Below the pieces are notes generated by a model, which worked only from the letters and a program-made list of their open reading frames with translations, was not told where the DNA came from and did not search any database. A DNA stretch of 64,000 nt from Eledone cirrhosa (Eukaryota): contig OZ024742.1 of NCBI GenBank assembly GCA_964016885.1, positions 181,846,001-181,910,000 of the forward strand, read 5' to 3'. Positions 17,646 through 31,779 of this stretch are shown one piece after another. How positions within the stretch are numbered: the first letter of the stretch is position 1; each line of letters starts with the position of its first letter. A program made the translations under genes and the position numbers.

Positions 17646-18095
17646 AATATGTGTGTGCGTGTGCGTGGGTGTGTGTGTGTGTATGTGTGTGTGTATGCGT
17701 GTGGGTTCACGGACATAATTCACACAAATACACATACATTCACACATACTTTCACACAAACATACATACATTCACACATATACGTTTACACAAACACACA
17801 CATACAGTCATGATAGCGTTCGATTTAATTGGAAATGGGAGGGTAAAACAAGTATAACGTTTTATTTATTTATTAACTCTTTTTTTTAAAACTCATTTAA
17901 TATAACCACCATTCGCGTGGTTTTCTGCTAGCTTGTGTTTGGGGGTGTGTGTATGCATTTAGTTAAAGAATAATCAAGTCAGACACTGTGTTGCACATGC
18001 AAAAAAAATAAAAGATTATTAGTTTTACGCTTGTGAAGAAGTAAATGAGAATTTCAATCTATCTCTCTCTCTATATATACATACACGTACATACG

Positions 18096-18249
<154 letters not shown>

Positions 18250-18576
18250 ATATATCAAATTATAATATAGAGTTAGAAGCTCACAATAAATCCCTTACGA
18301 TAAAGGGAGCTCAAGGTAGAGAGACCGAGCTCATTATAAATCATAGCATTGATATATATGTGTATATATATATATATGTATATGTTGTATATATTATGCC
18401 AATATATGTGTATATATAACGTATATATTATGTCCATGTGTATATCGTTATAGTGGAGGTATATACATTTTGATTATTTTATTAATTTGTATTTAGCGTT
18501 CCTTTTACCAGCGTAGAATGTTATCCCCTATTAACTGACATCATTTATTATGTGCCTTCTTTCGTCTTTTTATATA

Positions 18577-18672
<96 letters not shown>

Positions 18673-18735
18673 CACATACATATACATATATATAAATGCA
18701 TATAAATATATATATATATGCATATATATATATAC

Positions 18736-18813
<78 letters not shown>

Positions 18814-18891
18814 AGATAAGCAGAACAAGTAAAATTCAACCAATTTTTCAAAATCAATCAAAATTAATATACAATTAAAATTAATCAAAAT

Positions 18892-18952
<61 letters not shown>

Positions 18953-18976
18953 TATATAAACTGGCAGGAAGGTATA

Positions 18977-19017
18977 CGTTGCTGACGATAGCTAATAATC
19001 TTGAAACTAGTACAGCG
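18977..19017 (+). ncRNA. Minimal type I hammerhead ribozyme (second copy of the 13484 family)
   Basis: cgttg-CTGACGA-tagctaataatctt-GAAA-ctagTA-cagcg; one stem II mismatch. Confidence 0.8.
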
Positions 19018-19178
19018 TTCCTTTGTCAGTGTTGAACAAACGAGCAACGATGGCTGCTGGACACTACGGCTTAATACGGGATGTTTGTTTACAAACACAC
19101 CGAGCATTATAATAAATGTTCGCTGAATCCATACGTACATATATATATGTGCGCATGTATAAATATGCATATAATTAA

Positions 19179-19215
<37 letters not shown>

Positions 19216-19247
19216 TATATATATTGTATGAATATTTATATATATAT

Positions 19248-19281
<34 letters not shown>

Positions 19282-19284
<3 letters not shown>

Positions 19285-19471
19285 AACGAGTAGGACCCCG
19301 ACGGCTGAGCTCAAGCCGTTTCGACGGCTAATTCAGTCCAGAAGTAGCCGTCGAAACGGCTTGAGCTCAGCCGTCGGGGTCCTACTCGTTCCTTTTACCC
19401 ACTCTACTACCCTAAGTATTGAGTACTTTGGTGCGTTATGGTCCACCTGGTTCCTTACCACATTTCCTTCG

Positions 19472-19510
<39 letters not shown>

Positions 19511-19529
19511 CATATACATTTATATACAT

Positions 19530-19573
<44 letters not shown>

Positions 19574-19588
19574 TTATATATGTATGAA

Positions 19589-19632
<44 letters not shown>

Positions 19633-19821
19633 AAAAAGTATGACCCCGACGGCAGAGCTCAAGCCGTTTCGACGGCTACTTCTGGACTCCAGAATAGCCG
19701 TCGAAACGGCTTGAGCTCTGCCGTCGGGTCATACTCTTTCCTATTTCCCACTCTACTACCCTAAGTATTGAGTACTCTGGTGCGTTATGGTCCATCTGGT
19801 TCCTTACCACAATTCCTTTGT

Positions 19822-19823
<2 letters not shown>
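19282..19823 (+). mobile_element. Two copies of the 823-1010 fold-back element (19282-19474, 19630-19823)
   Basis: Near-identical sequence; each embedded in (TA)n. Confidence 0.8.
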
Positions 19824-19856
<33 letters not shown>

Positions 19857-19878
19857 TTATATGCATATAAATATATAT

Positions 19879-19935
<57 letters not shown>

Positions 19936-20033
19936 GTATGAATATTTATATATATATGGATATATATATATATATGCATATAAGTGCATGTATATACATA
20001 TATATATGCATAAATAAATAAATAAATAAATAA

Positions 20034-20093
<60 letters not shown>

Positions 20094-20980
20094 CGGTTAA
20101 ATTACTGCGCATTAGCGTTGTATAAATGATAATGGAGAAAATTGCTTAAAGTGCCACGGGAAGCGAAAAAAATGCGGGCTTCAGCACCTGAGAGAATGGC
20201 ATATCTGTCCCCGTTTTCCATTTCCAGAAGTAGTTTACCATAATTTGTCAATTCTCTTATTATGAACGATCGACTATTATTATGAAGATTTACGTCGGGA
20301 CGTACACAGTCTAAAAATCATTAAGAGTTTAATTGAGAAAGCACACAAATAGTATGTTTGTATGTATACTATAATTATTGTTATACTTGGGGAGGGTCAT
20401 ATTTGTGTAATATTTGTGTCTACTTTAGGCACAAGGCCAGCAATTACCCAGTTCATTACTGGTACTTTATTTTATCGACCCTGTAAGGATGAAAGGCAAA
20501 GTCAACCTCGGCGGGATTTGAACTCAGATCGTAAAGGGACGTAACTATACTGGAAAGCATGTGTAATATTGCCAGAATTAATAACAGAACACACTCACTG
20601 TTTGGTTGGGTTTCGCGTTTCGCTTCTGTGTCTTTTATATCATTATTCTAATTTACTCGGTCCTCAATGTTGCCATTGACTGACTGACGGTCAAAAATAA
20701 TACAGATACAATATAGACACAAACACATATATATATAGTTTATCATAAATCTTTCGTTGCACATCTGCAACACCGTCAGTGGTGCTATATTTTCCTCCTG
20801 TTGTATATACTATAATTGTTTTCTTATAAAAAAAAAGTGGGGTTAAAGAGTCGCCTCCAGTTATCTCCGACCTTTCTTCCACCAGCCACCAGTACATGTA
20901 CGTGGGTTGGCTGATGGGTTCATACTTTCTGTATGAAGGAGTGATGCTAGAGCTGTGATATCGTGTATGCGTTAATTTAA

Positions 20981-21094
20981 AATCTCCTTATTAATAACTG
21001 CATTGTTTCTTTCCAGAGACTATATTGAGAAATAAATCTCATCTGGTCATTCCATGAGAATATCTTCTTCACCCTAAGAACCTTTCAGTCGACA

Positions 21095-21136
<42 letters not shown>

Positions 21137-21299
21137 CAGGGGCAGATGGAGAGAATCTCCTTATTAATAACTGCATTGTTTCTTTCCAGAGACTATATTG
21201 AGAAATAAATCTCATCAGGTCATTCCATGAGAGTATCTTCGTCACCCTAAGAACCTTTCAGCCGAAACTTATATATATATATATATATAAGCAGGGGCA

Positions 21300-21312
<13 letters not shown>
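20981..21312. repeat. Tandem duplication of ~170 bp including a (TA)n tract
   Basis: atctccttattaataactgc...taagcaggggcagatggagaga occurs twice. Confidence 0.85.
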
Positions 21313-21386
<74 letters not shown>

Positions 21387-21544
21387 AGAAGGAGATCGAG
21401 AGAGATAAATATCAAGTTATTAAATATACGCAGAAAAATATTTCATAAAAAATTAATGATTTAAAGAGATCGATATAACAATAATTATATGAAGATATAT
21501 GTATATTTACCATGAATAGCACACATACACAAATATACATATAT

Positions 21545-21603
<59 letters not shown>

Positions 21604-21783
21604 CATATGAATATAAATATATATATATATGAATATATTATATATGAATATATATATATATATGAATATATATATGTATATATATATGAATATATATATG
21701 TATATATAGTTATATATATATGTATTATATGTATATATATTCATATATATATGTATATATATGAATATATATATGTATATATA

Positions 21784-21845
<62 letters not shown>

Positions 21846-22011
21846 AATATATATATATGAATATCAATATATATATATATTCATATATATATATATGAAT
21901 ATCAATATATATATATATATTCATATATATATATATATATATGAATATCAATATATATATATATATTCATAGTTCCACGTGTTATATATTCCCACATATA
22001 CATAGATAATA

Positions 22012-22055
<44 letters not shown>

Positions 22056-22179
22056 CTCATGATATATACGTCTATTATGTGTGTTTGTATGTAAATGTGT
22101 GAGTGTGGATGTGATTATTCAAATTTAATTTCATTCATGAACATATACACAATTCCACTGACTTATTTACAGAATTCCA

Positions 22180-22527
22180 CGTGTAACATGTAACTGATAT
22201 GATTTTATAATTGGCTTTGTGGTCGACTGAACATCTTATATAATTGTGATGTAAATGATAATTTGTTTACAGATATCAGAGGAGTTCTCATATATAATTG
22301 TCGTGATATAAATTCTTGTATGTTTACATTTACCAGAGGAAGATTTCATATAATTGATGTGATAAAAATGATAATATGTTTACTCATACCAGAGGGACAT
22401 TTTATATAATTATTGTAATATAAATGGTTATCTGTTTACATAAATCAGAATATCGGATGAACGTTTTATATAATTGTTGTGATATAAATAATTATATGTT
22501 TAAAGATATATGATGAATATCCTATAC
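22180..22527. repeat. Degenerate ~60-bp minisatellite
   Basis: ataattg..gtgatataaat...tgtttaca..ta(t/c)cagagg repeated; resumes near 22978. Confidence 0.6.
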
Positions 22528-22960
22528 CAGGGGTGGGCAAACCTTTTGGATCGGACACCACGTTGACTGGGTTATGAACACCAGAGGGCCGCACCATTTA
22601 TTATTGGATATAGTGTGCCTTACTTTTCTTTAGTTAGAATTTAGAAAATATAAAATATAAACTGCATCATTATAACACATAAATTATTAAAATAGTTAAA
22701 TATTGGGCCATCAAGTATGAAATTTGTAGAAACTTGTAGAAAGAAAACAAATTTCTACAAATTTCATACTTGACAACCCAATACAAAAATCTTAAAACAA
22801 AGTTTTCTTTTACTTTGTGTCTGTACATCACAAAACATACCGGAACAAGCATTGTTGTACAATAGTCATACAATACTCCGTCTTGATAATGAAGTGCTTT
22901 CAAATTTACCTTTCACTTCAGGTCACACAATGCTTCATGCATTGTTTTAGAAACTCTCTA
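22528..22960. mobile_element. hAT (Charlie-like) non-autonomous fragment; right end not found
   Basis: Starts CAGGGGTGGGCAAACCTTTT with subterminal gagggccgca. Confidence 0.5.
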
Positions 22961-23039
22961 AATTGTATAGGACCTATACAATTGTTGTGATATATATATA
23001 TATGATAATATGGTTATATATACCAAAATAAAATTAATA

Positions 23040-23215
23040 AATTGTCGATCGACAATGATTCCGTTGGTCTTTCCTGTTGCTAATACTATCTATCGATCGC
23101 AACTTCAGGTAGAAAGAGCAACGTGAAATAAAGTGTCTTGTTCAAGGACAGGAATCGAACTGTTAACCTGACGATTGCGAATCCAGTTCTCTAAGCAATC
23201 ATCCACACGCCTTCA
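23040..23215 (-). mobile_element. tRNA-derived SINE
   Basis: Homologous to 9511-9730; reverse B box ggaatcgaac. Confidence 0.7.
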
Positions 23216-23384
23216 CCATATATACTAAAGGAAAGTCATATATAACTGTTTTATATATAATTGGTAGCAGTCTGTAGGAATTTTACCAAAACATACCATA
23301 ACATGATTACATACCATAACTACACAACGCTACAAAATATAATAGTACAACATGCCAAATTAATTACTGGTGTTTGTTGAGCTT

Positions 23385-24146
23385 ATGTCACCATAGCGCA
23401 GGCTGGTTCCCTCGAACTGCTGCTTTCAACGACGTAATGAATAGGAGCCTGCATGTAGTCGGCTTCCCATCATAACTGGGGCCAGCAGGTTTGACCGCAG
23501 GGCCGGCTAGCGTCCCGACGGAATTACCATCTCCCCATTGGAAGGAAGTAAATACTTCATCTGGGATGCGACATGCTGTGGCACGTTCTCGGCCTCCAAT
23601 TTAGTAGCTTCAGCCAAAAACCCCGGAACCGCAGACCACAATGCAGAGGGCATGAAAACAAGCAAACCTTGTCTGATCGCTTCCTCTTTGTAACGGTCGC
23701 CATCGAGACCTTAGGCCTCCTTACACCCCGTACAGTCGAACTTCGCCTCAAAATCGGAATGACAGCAGCCCGTCTGAAGAAGGAGCCCCGCTAGGTGGAG
23801 TGGCTGTTGTAGCAGGTGTCATTGGCCATTGTCTGCGGCAATGTATTTGCCATTTTGTCCGCGGGGCACAGCCAAACCACTACTTTGACCTAGGTGTAGA
23901 GTCTACCATATTATTCCCTCTCCCCTCCCCCTTTCTTTCTTCCGTTGCCTAATAGTGCTTGCTCTTCCTTTCCTCTCCATCGCATTTATGTCATTTATAG
24001 TCCTTTCCTTTATTTTCCTATATAGCTATATCTGCTTTTATTTACCCCTTCACCTTCCTCCCTTTTTTTCATTTTTTCATTTAATTTTATATTTTCTTAA
24101 TTATTTCCATCATTGTATAACTTCTGTTTAATAAATTTAATAAAAA
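23385..24146 (+). mobile_element. CRE-like non-LTR retrotransposon 3' end (restriction-like endonuclease remnant and 3' UTR)
   Basis: Frameshifted AFNDVMNRSL...RPDGITISP...FIWDATC...FVTVAIETLG...VSLAIVCGN; ends aataaatttaataaaaa. Confidence 0.75.
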
Positions 24147-24280
24147 GTATAACAAGAGTAAGACTCAATATTCTTTTTGTTACAGAGCCTGTATGTATGT
24201 TCCTGTTTAATGACTCTACTTTATTTCTATATTCAGTGTAAAACAACATTGATCTAACTGTTTCAAATCTATCATTTCAG

Positions 24281-24403
24281 GTTAAGGGTCAGTCCACCTC
24301 GTGGTCCCGGTGGACAGAATGGACAAGACATTGCCCGGGAGGATGGCGAGGAAGACGTGTTAGAAGAGCCACTCCCCTTTGCGGAGCTTGTTCTTACTGG
24401 TAA
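24281..24403 (+). CDS. Candidate host exon encoding a Trp/Arg/Cys-rich, TSP1-like peptide (VKGQSTSWSRWTEWTRHCPGGWRGRRVRRATPLCGACSYW*)
   Basis: CTAAC branch point at 24254, tttcAG acceptor ending 24280, GC-rich island in AT-rich DNA, WSxWxxW..C and R-x-R pattern; ends at TAA or a weak GTAATC donor. Confidence 0.55.
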   Translation, partial: VKGQSTSWSRWTEWTRHCPGGWRGRRVRRATPLCGACSYW

Positions 24404-24724
24404 TCAACTCCGCTCCGATTGCATTGAGTAAGGATGTAACCCGAGGACCCAAACTCAGCTAGGAGGTCATTTATTACATAGCACTGATCTACTTTATTTT
24501 CTATCATTGGTCTCCAGTATCTATTAATGATAAATTAAATAATCATATGTTAATGTGGTTATTACTGCTGTAGATGTTACCGTTGTTGTTGTTGTTGTTG
24601 TTACCGTGGTTGTTGTTAACGTTGTTGCTGTTACCGTTGTCGTTGTTGTTGTTATTGTTGCTGCTGCACTGGTCGTGTTGAATTGTGAACATGATACAAT
24701 GTTTAGGCAGCGGTTTCAATCTCT

Positions 24725-25070
24725 GCCTAAGGGGTTAAGTTGTTAGTGTGTTGAGCTCACACTCATAGGGTTATGTGTTCGATTTCCAGATCTGGCAGCG
24801 CATTGCGTTCTTGAACCAGATATTTATTTCACGTGGCTTCAATCAACTGAGTTGGTAAACCTGTAATTCAAAGAGCCAACCTTCCCACACACTGTGTCAC
24901 GCTGTATTTCACTGAGAACTACTTTAAGTTTACGCGTGTATGTAGAATAAACAGTCACTTACACGTTTATGAGCAAGCTGTTCTATTATTCAATGATTTC
25001 ATGAGCAAGCTGTTCCATTATTCAAACAACTGTTGCATCTCCGTTGTCGTAAACGACGGATTTCCATCGA
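24725..25070 (+). mobile_element. Near full-length tRNA-derived SINE
   Basis: B box gttcgatttc near 24777; body and tail shared with 8706-8900. Confidence 0.75.
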
Positions 25071-25174
25071 TGATACAGCAGCTACTTCCGCACGCACCTA
25101 CTCACGCAAATAAATATTGATAGATATATATATAACTATGCAAATGTGCATATATATATATGCACGTGCGCTTT

Positions 25175-25255
<81 letters not shown>

Positions 25256-25324
25256 TAGTACTTTTAAAGTTATAAAGTGATATAAGAATTTTAAAGATTC
25301 TATTTTAATAATAGTCTTCTTTTT

Positions 25325-26300
25325 CTTCTATGTCTTTGCCCACTTCTTCCAGCAGGTCATGTCAGAAGCAACTATCTCCAACTGATCTGGTTGCATCCCT
25401 AAGCGTGACTAGCCAAGCTCATGAATGTTATCCAACCATCTTGCTCAGGGTCTACCCCTGGATCTCCTGCCGTTTGGTTTTGTCCAGCAATTCTTTCCTG
25501 AGACATTCTAACCACATGTCCATAGTATCGGAGTTGTGACCTCTCAATTCGGACAAGTAGCTGTTCTTCCTGGTGCCTCTCTGATCTCCGAGCTATGTAT
25601 TCTATCATCTAACGTTACTCCAAAGACCCTTAGGGATAACCCCATTTCGGCCTCTTGTATTCGGGATCGTATACATTCGGTCATTACCCAAAATTCATGA
25701 CGATAGGTAAGGGTTGGCACAATACCGAATTGAAAATAGTTTCACTTTTACATCGGCCTCCCTTCTGATTACCGAATGCTGAAGCTGGCGTTTTACTGCA
25801 TCAGCTCCTGCAATTCTTGCAATTAATTCAGCCTCCCGCCTTCCTTCACTCGTGACCACGACCCCTAGATATTTGAACTTCACCTACTATGGTGGAACTC
25901 CATTCACATCTAGAGTGCGCTGGGCAGGCTTCCTCGAGATATCACAGCACCGATTTTCATTCCAGCCATGCAGCACTCAGCATCAAACCTATTGAATGCA
26001 AGTCGGAGATCACCTTCTGTCGAGTTAAGTAACACCATGTCGTCTGCAAATCCCAACCAACTGATTTTACACCTGCCAATCGTGATACCACTTCCGACCC
26101 GGCTGCGCATATCAATTTTGTGCGTAAAAATAGTGAACAGGAGAGGTGACAGTACGCCTCTTGGCTGAGTCCGCCTCCCACATTGAATGGTTTCAATTTA
26201 GAGTGGAACACAAATACTGGGGAACACATCAGGGTAACAAGAAGCTGACAATCGATCTCATACTCCTGCAGAACCTTCCACAGCAGGTCCCGAGGAACAG
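25325..26300 (-). mobile_element. 5'-truncated RTE-clade LINE (RT and C-terminal remnant)
   Basis: VPRDLLWKVLQEY, LSPLLF, LGFADDMVLL, FKYLG, RIERSQLRYYGHVVRM with frameshifts. Confidence 0.9.
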
Positions 26301-26399
26301 GAAAGATTTAATTTAAGATTTCATGAAGTTTCTCTGAAATTTATACAGCTAATATTTCACATCATTTATTGTTTAAACCTATTCTATGTCTCATTGGAT

Positions 26400-26580
26400 T
26401 GGTAGTATCGGTAGGGCGTCAGACACCATGCTTTGCAGCATAGAGCTCTGGCCCTTTACGTTCTGAGTTCAAATCCCGCCGGGATTAACTTTGCTTTTCA
26501 TCCTTACGGGTCGATAAAATATATCACCAGTAATGCACTGGGGTACTTGCAGGCCTTGTGCCAACATTAGAAACAATTAT
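26400..26580 (+). mobile_element. SINE (further copies or fragments near 20425-20560, 49290-49430, 50015-50200, 52460-52580, 57115-57220, 63770-63910)
   Basis: ctttacgttctgagttcaaatcccgccg...ctttgcttttcatcctt...gtcgataaaat core. Confidence 0.75.
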
Positions 26581-26669
26581 TTCAAACATTTCCATCAAAC
26601 ATAGATTACAGTCTCCTGCCCCCCCCCCCCCCCCCCACAGAGATTAGCGGTTCGATTTATAAACTAAGT

Positions 26670-27170
26670 TAAAGCGTACTCAATGTTATTCACTTTTAAA
26701 TTCCATTTATGTTCACCGAATGGTGTATTGTATTCTCTATACATATTTTTAAAGAAATGGATCTGATTATCGAATCTGAGCTTCAAAGTTGTAACTGTGG
26801 CGTCTATATTATATATTTCCTTACCTGTTGATACTATGTATCTATTTATACACTCTGTTTTCCTTAAGGTAACGGTTAATTAGAGAGCATTGAGTAGGTA
26901 TTCGACAATTACATTTTCTACTTAATATATAGGCTCCAATGGCTGATGTAGTATCTACTGGATTGTTATTTGGTGTATGTGTTGTGTGAACATTATTTGC
27001 CAGGTATTGGGTTTCAGTGGTGTTAGGTGTATTTGTTTGGGTATGAATTATCACAGAGCTATGTAGTTAGCCATTTACTTTACAAGATTAGGTGTATTTA
27101 TATTATTCCTATTGCTCTTTATATATTTTTTATTACTGATCTCAGCTATGTTATCTTCCAAGTTTGATGA
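26670..27170 (-). pseudogene. Degraded Penelope-like GIY-YIG region
   Basis: CNCRIPTQCSLINRYLKENRVYK, then NIDATVTTLKLRFDNQ, collinear with the 41.0-41.25 kb region. Confidence 0.65.
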
Positions 27171-27200
27171 GCCAAATTTACGTTATGCTTATTAAAGATT

Positions 27201-27394
27201 CACAACTACCAACCTCTAAAAACCCAAACGGGAAGTACACTGAAAAAAAGTGCCCCAAAACGGGAAGAAATGAGGCAAAATGGGAAGATTTTATATAATG
27301 AAAATTATACTTATATTTATAAGAGAAGACATCTATCACCCATCCTAAAGTGGGTGGGAAATCTCCCCGTCGGATGGTAGATTTGACAGGTCTG
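27201..27394. mobile_element. ~194-bp MITE (second copy 49524-49717, opposite orientation)
   Basis: TIR CAGACCTG(T/C)CAA; aagatt flanks both ends of this copy. Confidence 0.7.
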
Positions 27395-28540
27395 AAGATT
27401 GTATGATATTTATGAGGGGGTAAGTTCCTGTCTAACACTCCGAAGAAAGCTCAACGGATGTCAAGCGAGGTTTGTTGCATCTGGAAGGTATGATTCTTGT
27501 TAAAATTAACTTTTCCCCGTTGGGTCATTGGTGGTGAAGGATTTTTCTCCCTCTTCTGCAGTGTTATGAATACTGTTTATTTTTTCATTACAATTCAGTC
27601 TTAATTTATTATTATGTCTACTTAGATTTAACTGCTCCAGATGTTAGGGGATTGAGATGAGAACTACTCAATATATTACTAGCCCGATTACCATTAATAA
27701 TATCACACCAATCTATAAGCTTATCGGGCCTACCACATGGGCATGGGTTGCTACAGTTATTACTACCGGGATTAGTTTCATACTCATGTTTACATTTATC
27801 CCTCTCCTTAAATATATGTTTCGTTATTTTTTATCCTTTCAATGTTATTGTATTCAGTGTCCTGTACATGTTCTCGGTTAAATCTTTCTATCGTTGTGTA
27901 TACATCGTTAGGATTTATCTGATCTTAGTATAACCCAACGTAGCCAAAGCATTGCTTTAGTGTTTTATATAAAGATGTTTTCATTTGCGGAAAGTCTAGA
28001 GATTCTGAACGAGATTCCATTATTTGGAACGTCAGTGTTTATTTTACTTGTATCAATCTCCCGTCCTTATTTTCTAATACTTTAATTTTTATTTATTTAT
28101 TTTTGATGTTTTTATTTTATTACTCTTTATTTTTCTTATGTTTATTGCTGTATATTTAACTTTTTGTATCTTTGTAAATGTATTTTTACAAGTTGACTCC
28201 GTATCCAACCACAGAATTTCCGTCCCTTTTCCCTTACTCCAGTTAGTCTTTATTTATTTTTTATTATCATGTTATATATTTGTAAAACTTTTCTGTGATA
28301 TATATTGCCACAGTCGTTACAAAGTAAGGCAAAATTAATTCAGAATTCGTTGGTGTTTAAAGCTGCCTGATGAAATGTCATAATCGTTTGAGTGCAGCTA
28401 TAATTAGTAATGCAATTCCCGGCGTATAAATATTTTCATGGTACCACAACTCGTAATAAACGTTGCGTAATAAACGGATGTTACTCCGGACTCTTCATTT
28501 CTAGGGTAAGATTTTGTAGAACAGATTACACCCTCAACGC

Positions 28541-28579
<39 letters not shown>

Positions 28580-28582
<3 letters not shown>

Positions 28583-31500
28583 AATATAGACATAGAATAT
28601 TCGAAAATATTCTGTATGTTTATAATAAACATTTTGAAGACCTAATCGCTATAGAATAGAATACGTCACGTATTACAATTAGATTCTCGATAAAAGCAAG
28701 GGAAGTAAATCTACGCGTTTCATTCTCGTTAGAAATCGTCAGGACTACATATCCAGTGCTTTTATCGAGAATGACACAGCTAGAGACTTATAGAATACTT
28801 AGCTGTGTACAGGAACTGGTTTGAAAGAGCGGTTGCCGGTCCGGCAGAAATTAGAAATTGGAATAAATGCTCTGAAATAGCGATATATATGTGAATATAG
28901 ACATAGAATATTCGAAAATATTCTGTATGTTTATAATAAACATTTTGAAGACCTAATCGCTATAGAATAGAATACGTCACGTATTACAATTAGATTCTCG
29001 ATAAAAGCAAGGGAAGTAAATCTACGCGTTTCATTCTCGTTAGAAATCGTCAGGACTACATATCCAGTGCTTTTATCGAGAATGACACAGCTAGAGACTT
29101 ATAGAATACTTAGCTGTGTACAGGAACTGGTTTGAAAGAGCGGTTGCCGGTCCGGCAGAAATTAGAAATTGGAATAAATGCTCTGAAATAGCGATATATA
29201 TGTGAATATAGACATAGAATATTCGAAAATATTCTGTATGTTTATAATAAACATTTTGAAGACCTAATCGCTATAGAATAGAATACGTCACGTATTACAA
29301 TTAGATTCTCGATAAAAGCAAGGGAAGTAAATCTACGCGTTTCATTCTCGTTAGAAATCGTCAGGACTACATATCCAGTGCTTTTATCGAGAATGACACA
29401 GCTAGAGACTTATAGAATACTTAGCTGTGTACAGGAACTGGTTTGAAAGAGCGGTTGCCGGTCCGGCAGAAATTAGAAATTGGAATAAATGCTCTGAAAT
29501 AGCGATATATATGTGAATATAGACATAGAATATTCGAAAATATTCTGTATGTTTATAATAAACATTTTGAAGACCTAATCGCTATAGAATAGAATACGTC
29601 ACGTATTACAATTAGATTCTCGATAAAAGCAAGGGAAGTAAATCTACGCGTTTCATTCTCGTTAGAAATCGTCAGGACTACATATCCAGTGCTTTTATCG
29701 AGAATGACACAGCTAGAGACTTATAGAATACTTAGCTGTGTACAGGAACTGGTTTGAAAGAGCGGTTGCCGGTCCGGCAGAAATTAGAAATTGGAATAAA
29801 TGCTCTGAAATAGCGATATATATGTGAATATAGACATAGAATATTCGAAAATATTCTGTATGTTTATAATAAACATTTTGAAGACCTAATCGCTATAGAA
29901 TAGAATACGTCACGTATTACAATTAGATTCTCGATAAAAGCAAGGGAAGTAAATCTACGCGTTTCATTCTCGTTAGAAATCGTCAGGACTACATATCCAG
30001 TGCTTTTATCGAGAATGACACAGCTAGAGACTTATAGAATACTTAGCTGTGTACAGGAACTGGTTTGAAAGAGCGGTTGCCGGTCCGGCAGAAATTAGAA
30101 ATTGGAATAAATGCTCTGAAATAGCGATATATATGTGAATATAGACATAGAATATTCGAAAATATTCTGTATGTTTATAATAAACATTTTGAAGACCTAA
30201 TCGCTATAGAATAGAATACGTCACGTATTACAATTAGATTCTCGATAAAAGCAAGGGAAGTAAATCTACGCGTTTCATTCTCGTTAGAAATCGTCAGGAC
30301 TACATATCCAGTGCTTTTATCGAGAATGACACAGCTAGAGACTTATAGAATACTTAGCTGTGTACAGGAACTGGTTTGAAAGAGCGGTTGCCGGTCCGGC
30401 AGAAATTAGAAATTGGAATAAATGCTCTGAAATAGCGATATATATGTGAATATAGACATAGAATATTCGAAAATATTCTGTATGTTTATAATAAACATTT
30501 TGAAGACCTAATCGCTATAGAATAGAATACGTCACGTATTACAATTAGATTCTCGATAAAAGCAAGGGAAGTAAATCTACGCGTTTCATTCTCGTTAGAA
30601 ATCGTCAGGACTACATATCCAGTGCTTTTATCGAGAATGACACAGCTAGAGACTTATAGAATACTTAGCTGTGTACAGGAACTGGTTTGAAAGAGCGGTT
30701 GCCGGTCCGGCAGAAATTAGAAATTGGAATAAATGCTCTGAAATAGCGATATATATGTGAATATAGACATAGAATATTCGAAAATATTCTGTATGTTTAT
30801 AATAAACATTTTGAAGACCTAATCGCTATAGAATAGAATACGTCACGTATTACAATTAGATTCTCGATAAAAGCAAGGGAAGTAAATCTACGCGTTTCAT
30901 TCTCGTTAGAAATCGTCAGGACTACATATCCAGTGCTTTTATCGAGAATGACACAGCTAGAGACTTATAGAATACTTAGCTGTGTACAGGAACTGGTTTG
31001 AAAGAGCGGTTGCCGGTCCGGCAGAAATTAGAAATTGGAATAAATGCTCTGAAATAGCGATATATATGTGAATATAGACATAGAATATTCGAAAATATTC
31101 TGTATGTTTATAATAAACATTTTGAAGACCTAATCGCTATAGAATAGAATACGTCACGTATTACAATTAGATTCTCGATAAAAGCAAGGGAAGTAAATCT
31201 ACGCGTTTCATTCTCGTTAGAAATCGTCAGGACTACATATCCAGTGCTTTTATCGAGAATGACACAGCTAGAGACTTATAGAATACTTAGCTGTGTACAG
31301 GAACTGGTTTGAAAGAGCGGTTGCCGGTCCGGCAGAAATTAGAAATTGGAATAAATGCTCTGAAATAGCGATATATATGTGAATATAGACATAGAATATT
31401 CGAAAATATTCTGTATGTTTATAATAAACATTTTGAAGACCTAATCGCTATAGAATAGAATACGTCACGTATTACAATTAGATTCTCGATAAAAGCAAGG

Positions 31501-31779
31501 GAAGTAAATCTACGCGTTTCATTCTCGTTAGAAATCGTCAGGACTACATATCCAGTGCTTTTATCGAGAATGACACAGCTAGAGACTTATAGAATACTTA
31601 GCTGTGTACAGGAACTGGTTTGAAAGAGCGGTTGCCGGTCCGGCAGAAATTAGAAATTGGAATAAATGCTCTGAAATAGCGATATATATGTGAATATAGA
31701 CATAGAATATTCGAAAATATTCTGTATGTTTATAATAAACATTTTGAAGACCTAATCGCTATAGAATAGAATACGTCAC
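28580..31779 (-). repeat. Left arm of the 311-bp HHR monomer array: 10 full copies plus 90 bp
   Basis: gtgaatatagac starts at 28580, 28891, 29202 ... 31379, 31690 (period 311); ribozyme sense is on the minus strand. Confidence 0.97.

Noticed and set aside
26820-26870. Minus-strand mini-exon with GTAAGG donor
   Set aside because: Falls inside a degraded PLE GIY-YIG remnant.
27540-28545. Possible Naiad-type PLE RT C-terminus (YLDL...) and terminal repeat with CTGATGA near 28368
   Set aside because: Similarity is too weak to support by eye, and no GAAA or stem set completes a hammerhead.
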